DNA of 64,000 bases from Diplonema japonicum (lineage: Eukaryota; Protista; Euglenozoa: Diplonemea): positions 1 to 64,000 of the forward strand of contig OZ025708.1 of the NCBI GenBank assembly GCA_964019335.1. Direction: 5' to 3'. Of this stretch, positions 40,819 through 52,576 are shown one piece after another (positions within the stretch are counted from its first letter, which is position 1; every line of letters starts with the position of its first letter). The notes under the pieces were generated by a model that had not been told where the DNA came from, did not search any database, and was given only the letters and a program-made list of their open reading frames with translations. The position numbers and the translations under genes were made by a program.

Positions 40819-43800
40819 AAACGGGGAGGCGGAAACCGGGGTCAGAGGAGGAAGAGGACTTCGCGAGGCTCACGGCGCAGGGGATACATCCGAACCCTGG
40901 GCCCAACATGTACGTGTCGACAGTGAACGTGGCCTCCCTACGCAACCAAATAGAGGAGGTTACGACGAAGCTGGACGTCGACGTGATCTGCACGCAGGAG
41001 ACGGCGCTGACCTTAGCTGGGCAGCAGGAGATGGAGCGGGAGCTCGGGAAGAAGACGAAGAAGAAGTGGAAGCCGATGTGGGGACCGCCGCAGCCGGGAA
41101 GGAAGGTGGAGGGAATCGCTTCGAACTGGGTAGCTCAGAGGGGAGGACTGGCAACCCTAATCCGAGAACCCAGGACAGCATTGCCAGGTTCTCTGGACAC
41201 CAACGACCAATCTGAAGAACAACGCAGGAGGTGGCTGCACACTCAGGTCGCAATCGATGGCAAACGCAGATGGCTACATATCATATCGATATACTGCCCG
41301 GCAGGAACAGGACGTGAAGAGACCGCAAAGAGGGAGACCCTCCTCCACTACATCCTGCGGAAGAAGGCGAAGGAGCTCGGCAATGTGCCAATACTCGTCG
41401 TTGGCGACTTCAACACCGACGAGGCAAGATCCCCGGAACTGCGGAAGGCACTGCAGGCAGGATGGGCGGACACAGCGGACCTATGCGCAAAATGGAGAGG
41501 GAAACAACCTGATCCAACGTTTGTACGGGAGAACTGCGCCACGCGGATCGACAGGATACTGGCAAGTCCGGAGGCAGTACCGGCCATCACCGGATGCCAA
41601 GTGAACCAAGCGATCAAGGGGACGGATCACCGGACACTGACGGTTGCACTTGAGCTCGACAGATTCAGGATGACGGTACAACGATACATGCTGCCGAGGG
41701 GTCTGGAGACGGCAGATGAGCCAACGGAAGAACAAGGAGCCGAAGCAGTGGAAGCAGCCGGATTCCGACAGTACCTGCACGAAGGAAATATAACAAAAGC
41801 CTTCGAGACCCTCTCCCGGTGCACCGAAGACCTCCTCATAGACCAACCAGTGGGGACGCCGGGGAGGGCAGCGTACGTCGGAAGAGGCAAACACACCAGC
41901 ACAAAGGAGAAGGAAGTGTGTGCACCAACGACGACGGGAACGGTGGGTGCAGCTACAACATGGCAAGCGCGACTGGAAAAGCTGAAGCTCAAGACGCGGA
42001 CACTGCAACAACAGCTCGAGCAAGCAGTTGAGGACAAGGGGCTAAGCAAGCCGACCCTGAACACGATAAGAAACGTGAACAGGGAAGCAAAGGCTCTGGC
42101 AGTACCAGCTGAACCGGTGCCGCACGACGCTGTTCTCATAGAGGACATGCTGGCAGCAGCGCTGAACATGGAAGACGCAATTGCAGCTGAGGAACGGAAG
42201 AAAAGGACCGAGGCGAACACGTCACGGAGACGAGAATACCTGGCCGAGGTTGCAGCAGGACGCGAGACAACAAGACTGGTAAAAGTCGCGAAAGGCAAAC
42301 GTCAAAGCGACGGAACCAGGGCGGTCAAGGAAGGGATGGTGCTCTTTGCGTCCCCCGGACTGATCGACAGCGTCATGCGCAAGGCGTGGAAGACCGTCTT
42401 TGCGAAATACGAGTCCCGACCGGAGCCCCTCTATGCCCCCTTCAAGGCAAAGTACAGCAAGTTCGTGCAACGGCATGAGATGGAGAGGACACAACTGACG
42501 GGAGCAAGGCTGAGGGAAGTGCTCAGAAAGAAAAGCAAGAAAAGCGCGGCAGGCATCGACGGGTGGAGGATGCTAGAGCTACGGAAACTACCAGAGTCAG
42601 TACTAGACGCCTGGGCGATGCTCTTCCATGCGATCGAAGCAACGGGGAGGTGGCCGGAAGCCATGAAAACGGCACTGGTTACCCTCGTACCGAAGTGCGA
42701 CGATGCGGGACCACTGGAGCACAGGCCTATCACAGTCACATCTGCGGTGTACAGACTCTGGGCATGCGCGCGACTGTCTGATATCCTCATCTGGCAGGAG
42801 AAATGGATACACGACAAGCAATACGGATTCCGCACGGGTTTCGGGACAGAGGACGCACTTTTGGACCTCGCCCTTGACATCGAAGAATCCATTCTGGAGG
42901 GGAAACCGCTAGTCGGGGTGGCACTCGACTTTGCGAAATGCTTTGACAGTGTACCGCAACAGCTGGTTCTGGAGCTGGTGGAGGACATGGGCATGGACAC
43001 AGGCATCCTCAGGGCACTGAAAGGAATGTACGCAGGCATGCGAAGACGGTTCAGGTACGCAGCAGGCGTGGGGGAGGAGTTCCACACAACCAATGGAATC
43101 CTTCAGGGATGCCCGATTTCAGTGGTACTCATCAACGCGCTGTTGGCGGTACTAATGAAGCAGGTGGAGAACGACACAGGGGTCCGCTCGCTGTCTTACG
43201 CGGACGATGCATATCTCTTGGCACGGCTCGGTGCGGCGTTGCAGGAAGGCGTAGACGCAGTGGAAGCCTTCTGCAAACAGGTGGGGATGAAGCTCAACAC
43301 CAGGAAGACGAAGACCTTTGCAGTGAACAGGAAGACACCGGAGGTGAAGGTGAAAGGCGAGGAACTGCAGCCGACACGGACTGTAGGAGTACTGGGAGCC
43401 AAGCTGCGGACAGACGGCAGGCCGCAAACCAACGGCGACAGGACGGCGGAGGCACTCGGGACGCTGAGCAGGCTGGGAGCAACGCCGTTGTCCTTTCAGC
43501 AGAAGGCGAAGATCATCAGCAGCACGATCCTACCGAGCTGCCTCTACGACTGCCCATTCTCACCGCCGAAAACGGGACAAATGGCCACGCTGGTGAAGGA
43601 GACCACGTACGCGCTCTGGGGGCAGAAGTACTGCACCAGGAACCCAGGCACAGTACTATCCGTGACACTGCCGGGACACACGAGCCACCCACAGATGACA
43701 GCCGCATACAGAGCACTTATGCTCCTATACAGAGCCTGCAAGAAGGACGACAAGCTGTGGACACGCTGCGACGCCATTGCCAAACGGTACAGCGGGAAGA

Positions 43801-45134
43801 AGATACCGGTGGGACCGGTGGGCATCATGATGGAAAGGTGGCTGCCTCAGATCAAGTTAAGCTGGGCACAGCTGAAGGACACCCACGCACTGGAAAAGGA
43901 GCCCTACAAGCACTACATCAGGGACCGACTCAGGCGGGCGGAAGCACAGGAAATCATGAGCAAACGGAGCACCATGGGGGGCATGGAAGCTGCGGCAGCA
44001 GCGGAGACCAACGCGCTGTGGAGGAAGCTGGTGGTGACGGACCCGATTGCAGCAAGGGACGTGCGAAGGATCATCTCGGGGGCAGTGTTCTACATCAACC
44101 CACGGGGATGGCGCACGGACACGGTGGAGCACATCCCGATGGCGGAAGGAGAAGAAGACGAGGATGAAGACGAGGCTGAAGATGAACAAGAAGAAGAAGA
44201 AGAGGAAGGACAGGACACCGAAAAGTGGCTGATTGCGGAGGCGAGGAAGCAAGAAGCTAAGCAGGCCGAACCCACGACGGCACACTGCGACATCTGCGGT
44301 CAGGAGCAACAGCTGCCCAACATGCTGGAGCACGCACTGTGGGAGTGCGAAAAGGCCAAGGAAGTGCAACAGCGGGAAGAACACGAAGGCATGACGCGCA
44401 GGGGGCTGGAACCGTGTACGAAGCTGCATGGCATCCTGCCAAGGGGAGCAGGGAAGGATGTCAGGGAAAGGCTCGAAGGAACGCAGAGGTACCTGCTGGC
44501 GGTGGTGGGGGAGCGGGACGCAGCCCTACAAGCGAAGAGGCAGGAGGTGTACCACACACACCAGTGGCTGGAGATCACACAAGGTCAAGAACACCCAGTA
44601 CCGTCGGACAAGGACTTCGGCAAGCTACCGGCAGGGGATGTCCTACGGGAGTACACGAAGGAGGTGCTGAGGTGGATGCGGCAACTGCGCTGGTATGCAG
44701 GCAGCAGAAACACGTCAGTGTCGACGGTGGAGCTGGCACTGGATTTCGAGAACGTGACCGGGAAGACCCTTGGAGGGAAGCTGGGGGATCTCGCAGAAGT
44801 ACAGCAGAAAGCGAGGAGATTGCATGGACTGATGAAGAAGATCTGGCACACATGGGAGCTAGGGAGGGTACTGAAGAAGGTGAAAGGAAGGAGGGCCTTC
44901 CCAGCTGAGCCGAGCACAAGGGTGCACACACTACGATCCATCGGGAGGACAAAGGCGGTGATCGGATGGAACAGGAGGGCGATATTTGCATCACCGAAGA
45001 CCAAGCATGACCTAGAGGCATTGAAAGGACAATGGGCGAGAGAACGAAGAGAAAGAGCGGCCAGGCTGGGGAGAAGGCCGGCAAGACCACCAAAGGAGGA
45101 GAACCCGCTGCTGAAAGGGGATAGGTGCAGGTAG
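39579..45134 (+). CDS. Family D ORF2: 2A-like GIHPNPGP, APE, RT, Cys/His motif
   Basis: Motifs VGDFN, TRID, TDH, LDFAKCFD, GILQGCPIS, YADD, CDIC..HALWEC. The functional start is probably near 40800-40908; the upstream part overlaps ORF1. Confidence 0.9.
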   Translation: MAEDVGRGGGAGDRRTYGHPHKQREGSRFGARREPGQRRRQTQSTGGRLAGGNRGRTKVRPPQCATRDHGRAGAGLATEQRVEGRDGHSRHPEEGAATGGGPVGRAAPVRRGAGGGAPDGADGGVEAATTANGGGERGNEEGPQRKLRHTILQARVPLFLRQEQGRGVLGGRRPREAAGTGAEGRDRGHDHRTEEEEDKEAAEARTTTTTTTATEGHHDQRNRARAIQNARHEVAERSRPPQRCAKEGGTQGDGEQGRDDPSSHDKRCIPEAAEERHSGTEHGDADGEEEACDGGGGRCSVPEKDKHEHEHEQGSVTEATEEPDSLTLPVAEEARPQQPRPQEANNLVGREAARQGEEEAEGACPCLVCDLPSLTGSMRVMSWPAERQEGEGVRHGELQAGTMRELHWKPPQLKTGRRKPGSEEEEDFARLTAQGIHPNPGPNMYVSTVNVASLRNQIEEVTTKLDVDVICTQETALTLAGQQEMERELGKKTKKKWKPMWGPPQPGRKVEGIASNWVAQRGGLATLIREPRTALPGSLDTNDQSEEQRRRWLHTQVAIDGKRRWLHIISIYCPAGTGREETAKRETLLHYILRKKAKELGNVPILVVGDFNTDEARSPELRKALQAGWADTADLCAKWRGKQPDPTFVRENCATRIDRILASPEAVPAITGCQVNQAIKGTDHRTLTVALELDRFRMTVQRYMLPRGLETADEPTEEQGAEAVEAAGFRQYLHEGNITKAFETLSRCTEDLLIDQPVGTPGRAAYVGRGKHTSTKEKEVCAPTTTGTVGAATTWQARLEKLKLKTRTLQQQLEQAVEDKGLSKPTLNTIRNVNREAKALAVPAEPVPHDAVLIEDMLAAALNMEDAIAAEERKKRTEANTSRRREYLAEVAAGRETTRLVKVAKGKRQSDGTRAVKEGMVLFASPGLIDSVMRKAWKTVFAKYESRPEPLYAPFKAKYSKFVQRHEMERTQLTGARLREVLRKKSKKSAAGIDGWRMLELRKLPESVLDAWAMLFHAIEATGRWPEAMKTALVTLVPKCDDAGPLEHRPITVTSAVYRLWACARLSDILIWQEKWIHDKQYGFRTGFGTEDALLDLALDIEESILEGKPLVGVALDFAKCFDSVPQQLVLELVEDMGMDTGILRALKGMYAGMRRRFRYAAGVGEEFHTTNGILQGCPISVVLINALLAVLMKQVENDTGVRSLSYADDAYLLARLGAALQEGVDAVEAFCKQVGMKLNTRKTKTFAVNRKTPEVKVKGEELQPTRTVGVLGAKLRTDGRPQTNGDRTAEALGTLSRLGATPLSFQQKAKIISSTILPSCLYDCPFSPPKTGQMATLVKETTYALWGQKYCTRNPGTVLSVTLPGHTSHPQMTAAYRALMLLYRACKKDDKLWTRCDAIAKRYSGKKIPVGPVGIMMERWLPQIKLSWAQLKDTHALEKEPYKHYIRDRLRRAEAQEIMSKRSTMGGMEAAAAAETNALWRKLVVTDPIAARDVRRIISGAVFYINPRGWRTDTVEHIPMAEGEEDEDEDEAEDEQEEEEEEGQDTEKWLIAEARKQEAKQAEPTTAHCDICGQEQQLPNMLEHALWECEKAKEVQQREEHEGMTRRGLEPCTKLHGILPRGAGKDVRERLEGTQRYLLAVVGERDAALQAKRQEVYHTHQWLEITQGQEHPVPSDKDFGKLPAGDVLREYTKEVLRWMRQLRWYAGSRNTSVSTVELALDFENVTGKTLGGKLGDLAEVQQKARRLHGLMKKIWHTWELGRVLKKVKGRRAFPAEPSTRVHTLRSIGRTKAVIGWNRRAIFASPKTKHDLEALKGQWARERRERAARLGRRPARPPKEENPLLKGDRCR

Positions 45135-45420
45135 AAGATGAGAACAAGGGGGCGTCTCACAAAGACTTCCTTTAACTCATATATTTCTTTTTTCTTTCTA
45201 TATGAAAGGTGAGTGGAAAATTTGAATAACACTGGGGGCGGGGGACAGGGGCCTGGTAATGGAAAATAAGGGAAGACACTGGGGAGGGTGGTGAAAAGAA
45301 AGGATAGGAGTGAAGCCAGAGTCGAGAGATTGAGTTAGAAACAATTGCTGTCTGAAGTCGTTTAACAACTTCAGACCTCAATGTTTGGAGAGTATAATAT
45401 ATTATAATTTATAAGTTTTT

Positions 45421-48400
45421 TCACAATGTTCCCTGCCGCTCCAAGAGCTGGGCGGTCTTACAGGCGTCGGTGGACAGGAGGACTTTGAGGGAAGGAAGGG
45501 AGCTACCGAAGATCTGACTCCTTTGGTCGATCCTCTTTCCGTCTTGGCATTCCCGTAGGAGGTGGCTTAGAGTCTGGGGTTGCGAACATAGATGGCACGG
45601 GACCTCCTCGACTGGGGGTATGAGTAGGTATCCGCAAGTGAGTGGGCTCTTCCCCACCCTCAGCCTCATGATCGCCACTTCTTTCTTTCTGTCCAGCTCC
45701 TCGAACTTCTCGTAACTTCCGGCAAACTGCTCCCTGTACGTCTTTGTGACGCCAGTATCCTTCCATAGGCGGAGGTGGCTTCTGATGACATGCTTCCTCA
45801 CCAGAGTTTTAACCACCTCAATGTCTGTCTCACGGGTGTGGGCCAGTCTTTCGCTCGCCTCTTTTGCCTTCTGGTCCGCCTTCTCGTTCCACTTGTACCC
45901 GCAGTGACTCGGGACGTATTGAACGATTAGCTTGTGGCCTCTGCCTGTCAAGCTCGCGACCTCCTGCCAGAGTTCGAAGTCATCTTTGGAGGCTGCCGAC
46001 ATGTGTCCCTGGCACATCTTCCGTATCACCGACTGCGAATCTGTGCATATCAGAACCATCCCTTGGCTTGCAAGCTTCCTCTCTGAGAGTCTTGTCGCCA
46101 GTCGGATCCCTAGCCTCAGGGCCCTGAGTTCGCATTTGTAGGATGTCGAATACAGTCCACCGCTGATCCCGTAGGCAGCATCGGACCCGTTGTGCAGCAG
46201 GATGGCGGCCGAGCCTCCGTTTTTCCCATCCTTTACGGACCCGTCTGTGAACACCATGCAGAATGCCCGGCCGTGTTTCTCGCATAACCTGTTCAGGGTG
46301 TTCGTTGTTGCCTCTTTCCTGACCTCTTTTGGGTCCGTCCTTTTCACCTGCGTGTCTAGGAAGGGGGAGAGCACGAGTTGCCCCTCGAATCTTTGCCAGG
46401 GTGCAACCGCGAGTCTCCTCATGAAGACGGCGCCCGAGTGAGGTGTGCCCGTCCTCTCTGGGAGTTTGTAGGCTTTCGATGCCTCTCTCTGTTTGTCAGA
46501 CCAAGTCCTCCTTGGTAGGAGCTTCTCGTACCTGGTCAGATCCTCCAGAGGCTGAGTCGCCTGGTATGCGGCGGTGTCCACTTTTCTCATCAGTGACTCG
46601 TAGAGCAACAGGCTGTCGTGTTCGATCAGCGCATCCAGGGTCCACAGCCCCGCTTCGTTCAGTGTCGCGAATGTCTCTGATGACGCGATGCAGCCTGTGA
46701 TCTTCACCGCTGCCCTGTATTGAAGCTTCTTGATGCCTTCGTGGGGCGTGTTCCTCCCGCTCGGGAGAAATGACCCGTACACGCCCAAGCAGTATCTGAA
46801 GACTGGTTGCACATATGTGAGGTATAGAGCCCTCAACACCACCTAACCCCATCTCGTTCCCGCAAGGCAGCTCAGCAGCCTGACCCTGCTTTCACCTCTT
46901 TCCAAGACGTCTCTGGAGTGTTCGGAGAAAAGCATGTCCTCCTCGAAGGTGACTCCGAGCAGCTTTGTTTTTTCGACCACCTCGAGTTCTTCGCCGGTCT
47001 TGAAAGTTGCTCTGATCTTCCCCTTCAGTGTTCTCTGCGGATAGGAGATGCCAGCAACGGGAAGGAACTCTGTCTTTCCCTTGGAGATCACCATCGAGTT
47101 TCTCGAGCACCAGCTCTCCACAACCCTCAGGATCTTCATCAGTTTTCCATTCAAGCTGTCCAGGTCTTTTTCGTGCAGCACCACCGCAATGTCGTCTGCG
47201 TACATCACGGCATCAATGCCCTCCTTTTCGAACGTCTCTGAGAGGTCGTCCATGTAGATCGAGAAGAGGGTTGGGGCAAGGATGGTTCCCTGTGGAACCC
47301 CACCCGTTATGTGTTCGTGCTTCCCTGTTTCGCCACTCACCTTGACGGCAGCGATCCTCTGGTCTAGGAAAGCGGCCACCCAGTCCGTAATTCTTTGCGG
47401 GTAGCCATTACTCCTCATTTTCGCATTTAGACCCTTGTGCCACACTGTGTCGAAGGCTCCTTTCAGGTCGAAGAGCAAAAGTCCGCCGCAGAACTCATCG
47501 TCTCTGATGCGGTTCAGTTTCGTGGTCACTTGCAGGACGTTCTCTTCTGTGGAGCGCCCTTTCCTGAAACCTGACTGCATTTTGTGCACCCTCTTCACAT
47601 CTCCCACGTCTTGGTGGTAGTCGACCCTTATCTTTACTATCCTCTCCATTGTCTTTGAAATGTTGGAGGTTAGCGATATCGGTCTGTACGATGCCGGATC
47701 ACTTCTTGACTTGCCCTTTCCTTTGTAAAGTGGGATTATGTGCGTGAACCTCCAGTCTGATGGTACCACTCCCTTCTCCCATGACATATTGAACAGATGG
47801 AGTAATGTGTCCAAGGCCGTCCCCCCCAGGTGTTTCAGCATCTCGTTGTAGACACCGTCTGGGCCCGGGGATTTCCCCTTCTTCAACTGCCTCAGCGCGT
47901 GCTTCAGTTCCTCCATGCTTATCCCTGGGCAAGTGACCCTGTCCCTCAAGTCCTTGATCACTTTGGACTTCCTGTTTTCACCGTCCAGCATCTTCTTTGT
48001 GTCTTTGTTAAGGTGGGGTGCAAAAGCCTTTGCGTAGTGCTCCACAAGGACGTCTGCTTTTTGCTTCGCCGATGTGTGTAGCTTGCCGCCTGCCATTAGT
48101 GGTGCTACTGGATCTTTGTCCTTCCTGCCATCGAGCGTTTTTATCGTCCTGAAAGCGTGTCCCAAGTCCTTTTTCTGAGACAGCTCCTTCATGTAGTCGG
48201 CCCACGCTCTTTTCTTCCCTTCATCGATCTGTTTCTGCACTTGCCTGCTGATTTCACCAAGCCTCTCGCATTGTTCTATCGATGGGATGCCGATGTCCGA
48301 CATAATCTCCTTCTTCAGAGCGTTTCTTCTTCCAACCAGTTGCGTCAGCTCTTCAGTCCACCACGCTTTCCCGCCTCTCGCTCCCCCTCTTGGGATGAAG

Positions 48401-49407
48401 AGCCTGGCGGCCTCCTTGACGGCTTCAGTGAACTGCTTGTTTAGCCTGACCGGGTCTCCTGTTCTCTGCAGGTGCCTCAGGGTGTACTCCAGATGATTCC
48501 TGTACCCCTCCCAGTCAGCTTTTTTGAAGCTGAATTTCTTAATGGTTGGTCCGGTTTCGTATTTCGTTCTTATCCGGATGGACATGGGTATGTGGTCAGA
48601 CCCCCATGAATCGAGGGTTGTCCAGGATCTAGAGTCCATGTCTGGCCCGCTTATCACCAGGTCCGGTGATGATAAGGAACCTCTTGTGTTCAATAGTGTC
48701 GGTGTGGCTTTGTCATTCCAGGGTCGCATCCCTTTCTCGATCATCCACTTTGCGACTTTGTCACCTATGAGGTCCTCTTTCTTTCTTCTCCCGTCCCACA
48801 GAGGGTGGTGGGCGTTGAAATCCCCCATGATTAAGGTTCTGTCCCCTGTCGGGAGTGTGTTCGGGTTGAAGTAGGTGTCGATGCTCGGTCTGTCATCGCT
48901 CGGATCTGACGGCGATGTTGGTGGAAGGTAGATGTTCACCAGGAGGATCTCCTTTTGACCTGGCGGGTATATTTTGACGTCCAGTCTTTCCGTCACGTCA
49001 TTTTTCTTCTCCTTCCTTTCGACACCGCTAGCGTTGATGCCTTCTTTCACGAGAGTCAGTAAGCCGCCCCCTTTTATGGGGAAATTCCTCCTTCTCGGTC
49101 GCGTCCTGTCTCTTCGGAAAGCTCTGTACCCTTCGAACCAGCCGTGGATCGCATCGTCTGATGTTAGGTGTGTCTCTTGGAGACACAGGATGTCCGGCGC
49201 TGTTTCTTCGATAGCCTTCTCGATTTCGGCCTTCCTAGCTCTGAGGGACCTCACGTTCAGCGAGACTATCTTCAGCCATCCGTCTTTCGCGGCTGGCCCC
49301 GGGTTCTGCTCGACGTCACCGCACGCCAAGATGTCCATATCATGTGGTCCGCAACCTTTGCGCATCTTTCTCGGTGTGGTCGAGGGTCGTTTCAGCATGT
49401 ATGTCAC
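45421..49407 (-). pseudogene. Family E ORF2 (2A-APE-RT-RNase H) with one in-frame TAG
   Basis: DVEQNPGP, YADD, FTDGS. WG*VVLRAL here versus WGCKKVVMRAL in E' suggests a 6-nt deletion created the stop at 46843-46845. Confidence 0.87.
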
Positions 49408-49409
49408 TC

Positions 49410-49581
49410 TGCCTTTGTGGTCACCCCTACCTTCAGGTCTTCGAAGATAGGGTTGTACGACTTGGGGGGGGCCGGCCCTAACAGACCTTACGTCGCCACC
49501 ACTAACGCCTTGTCCCGTTTGGACACCCCTATACGTGCGGGGCCGGCCAGGATTTAGCCGCGAGTTGTAGCCAAGTCGTAC
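49410..49581 (-). promoter_or_regulatory. Conserved structured RNA in the ORF1-ORF2 spacer (IRES-like candidate)
   Basis: Homolog of 5614-5781 with compensatory changes. Confidence 0.65.
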
Positions 49582-49644
49582 GAGCTTCCTTCGCGCAGAG
49601 AGATGACATTGCTGTGACCCGTTGTCGTCGTCGTCGTCGTCGTC

Positions 49645-49830
49645 GTGTATTATTTTTTTTTTATTTTTATTTTTTTTTTTTGTTGTTTTTTTTTTTTTTC
49701 TCTTGTTCTTTTATTTTCTTTATGTTTTTTTTTTTTTTTTTGTTATTTTTTTTTTGTTTTTGTTTTTTTTTTTATGGTTTTTTTTTTTTTTTTTTTTTTA
49801 ATTTTTTTATTATTTTTTTTTTTTGTAGAC
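49645..49830. repeat. Long interrupted poly(T) tract (A-rich spacer of element E)
   Basis: Seen directly. Confidence 0.85.
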
Positions 49831-50270
49831 GAATTGGGGGGTTGGGGGCTTAATAGGGAAACACTTTCTTTTTTCTTTTTTTTTTCTTTCTTATCTATTA
49901 TGGTAAAATGGAAAAAACTTATCACCTTTTTCACCTCTTCTTTGATTTTCCGCCTTTCCCGGACTTCTTCGCTGTGTCCGGTGTGCTCGGTGTCGGCGAT
50001 GTCGAGGTGGAGGAGGAGGTTGTCCCCTTCGAACCCTTCGAGCCCCCTGGTGCGTAGGGCGCTGCCTTCAGCGACACCTTTGCAGAGGCCCATTCCTGGC
50101 CCCTGCGCCTTCCTGGTTTTGCTCCGGCGGGAGTGTCTTCCAACTCCGTTTCCGAGCCCGAGGATGGCTGGTGTTGCTGTGGGGTGTTCGGTTCCAGCTC
50201 CGGTCCGATGAATTTGGACGGTGTCGGGGCTGTGGGTGTGGCGGTGGTTTGGGCCTTTTTGGCCTTTTGA

Positions 50271-52085
50271 TTTTTTTTAATAATAATAATAATAAATGTA
50301 CCACTGTCGTGCGAAGCTAAAGGCTGGGGGGGAGGGATAGGTGCAGGAGGCCTGAAGGGCCTCCTGCAAGTGAAAGGGGGAACGAGAGGGGTTGACAAAT
50401 TTTTTGTAAAAGTTTAAAGAAAACCCTCCCACAACTATCCATACGTACCGAGGCGGGAGGTGGGCAGGCCCGGGGGCTCCCAGCGTTCGCAACTGTGCCC
50501 ACCTTCAACGTCCCTCGGCATCTCACCAGCCCGCATCGCACAACAGCACCCTTTGGCCGAACCTCCGGGATTTCAAGGGGTGGGGTACCTCGTCAGTGCT
50601 CGTAGGCACACCGGCACGGAGGCATCCCCTTCAGCCGGTTTTGTTGGGCTGTGGAGCCTTTGGAAAATAAAATTGTAAGGAAAACATAACCAGAGAGGAA
50701 GAAAGAAGTTGGGGTGCACGACAGGGCAAAAAAAAGGGAAGACATGGGGGATGAGAGTACTATTACTAAAAAAGTTTAAATCTACTTCTACTTCTTGCCG
50801 GCCCGGCACAGCACGCCTCGCACCCAGCAGCACACGCCACGCAGACAGACCAGCGCACCTCCACCGCCACCAGTTCTCTTCCAGTGTCCCCGTGCACCCC
50901 ACCGTCGATCCGTTTATCTGTACCCAGTTCGGCTACCGATCTGTCTGGCCTTCCAGTTGCGACAGGGCGGTCATTGCCTGAAGGGCGCCGGGATCAACAC
51001 TGTGGCCTCCACTCCGCGCGAGACCGGTCTCAGCCTCACGTCTCTCGGATGGGGTACGCTGGAACACTGGGCGACGCCGCCGCCCGCATCACACCACAAC
51101 ACAGCGGAACCAGCACAAACAAACCGTACGCCACTCACCAGCGACACCAGCCACAACTCACCGCTCCTGTTCATCCCACCGTTGTCCGAGTACCTGTACC
51201 CAGTTAGCCTGTGTCCTGACTGGCCTTTCAGTTGGGGTAGGACTGACAACGCTACAAGGGCGCCGGGAACAACCTGTGGCCTCCACTGTGCGCGAGATCG
51301 GTCTCAGCCTCTCGACGCTGGTGGAATGAACAGGAACGGTGGGTGTCGCCGCCGCACACAACCACGCACACGCCGCGCGATGGGAGAGAATGCCTTTTGC
51401 TCAGACCGAGTCTGAGTGGTCTTACACCCCCGCTACCGGTGCCCCGATAGCGGCTTGTGCCAAACAGACCGTCTTCGTTCCGGCACACTCCCCGACACGC
51501 CTTCGCGCTTTCGCACCACAGCCCTCCCTGGCCTGCGGTCCCAGGGGCCACCACGAGGAGGACAGCGCAGGATACTTCACACCATGTTGTTGTTCTTTTT
51601 TTTATGTGTACCCCAACCCCCTTGATTTTTTTTTTTTTTTTTTTTTTTTTCAAAATACCAATGCAGGGCCGCCATGGAGAGCAACACCTGAGAAAAGGGA
51701 AAAAAAGGTGAAGGGAAACCATGGGGAAATAGGGAGGGCAATGGACCAGGCTTCTGCAAGCAGGAGGAGCCCTGGTCCCCCACCAACCCGTGCTCTGCTT
51801 TGGGACAGCCGAAGAGGGCTGAATTACATTATTCCCTCAGTCAAGTGAGAGAAAAACGGGGGCCTACCTTCCAGCTGGATGTCCTTCTTTGGCTGGAACC
51901 TCCGGCGGAAAGCCCCCCAGGGAGGTATTGCTCCTATTGAGCGAATCATTGGTGAGTGTGAAAATAAAATAAAAAGGGGAAATGGGAAACAGTGAGAGGA
52001 AGGTGAAGGAAGGGAAAGGAAAGTGGAAAACACAACATTTCACTTTACACACACGCGGGCGATCCCTTAGCGCAGCACGGGGGCC
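50271..52085 (-). mobile_element. Duplicate of composite unit F plus B 3' end
   Basis: Matches 18321-20123, including the identical F/B junction ccccttga|T-run. Confidence 0.87.
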
Positions 52086-52089
52086 GGCC

Positions 52090-52576
52090 TCCAGGGGGTC
52101 GGCCACCTTTATCGCCGGCAGGACTTCTGCCGTGGCGCCGTTCACCTTGATGCAGGTGTGGTGGGGGGGGGTGCGTGCGGTGTAGAGGAGGAAGGACGCG
52201 CCTTCCGTCGTCAGGATGACGACCTTCTCGGTCTGCTCTGAGACCGTTGCTGCGAGAATCGCAGCTGCGCCCTTCTCCTCCACTCCCTTCGGCAGCGGAC
52301 CGATGATCCAGTTGCCCTTCCGCACCTCGTCCTTTTTCTCCTTCTTCTTCTCTTCTTCTTCTTCGAATACCAGATTTAACTCTGGCATCGCCGCGGCATC
52401 TTCGTCCACCTGCATCTGCAGGCTGTCCAGTGGGGGCCTCGTGGAGGCGTCCGCGCTGGTCTGCTGATCCATTTTTATAAATTTTTATTAAAATTTATTA
52501 TGTGATAGTGTATCAGACCCCCCACCTTTTTGAGGATACAGCACCAGGGCTTCCCACGTGATCACTCACCGCAGTA
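52090..52576 (-). mobile_element. Family Z 5' fragment with an SL-free 5' end
   Basis: Matches about 380-816, then continues with about 50 nt of different upstream sequence. Confidence 0.8.

Larger units (their letters stand above)
39370..45183 (+). mobile_element. RNase H-less APE-RT LINE, family D, nested antisense
   Basis: 5'-truncated ORF1 plus long ORF2, flanked on both sides by contiguous E UTR. Confidence 0.87.
38775..50270 (-). mobile_element. Near full-length family E LINE, interrupted by element D in its 3' UTR
   Basis: UTR 38775-39369 resumes near 45185. ORF2, spacer and ORF1 C-terminus (49931-50270) are present. Confidence 0.87.

Noticed and set aside
46843-46845. Programmed TAG read-through in E ORF2
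   Set aside because: The paralog E' has CKK here. A 6-nt deletion explains the stop, so it is a lesion.
52527-52576. L1Tc/ingi 77-79-nt signature ribozyme at the Z 5' end
   Set aside because: Only short word matches (ACGTGG, CCCTGG) in a different order, and the sequence is truncated, so it cannot be supported.
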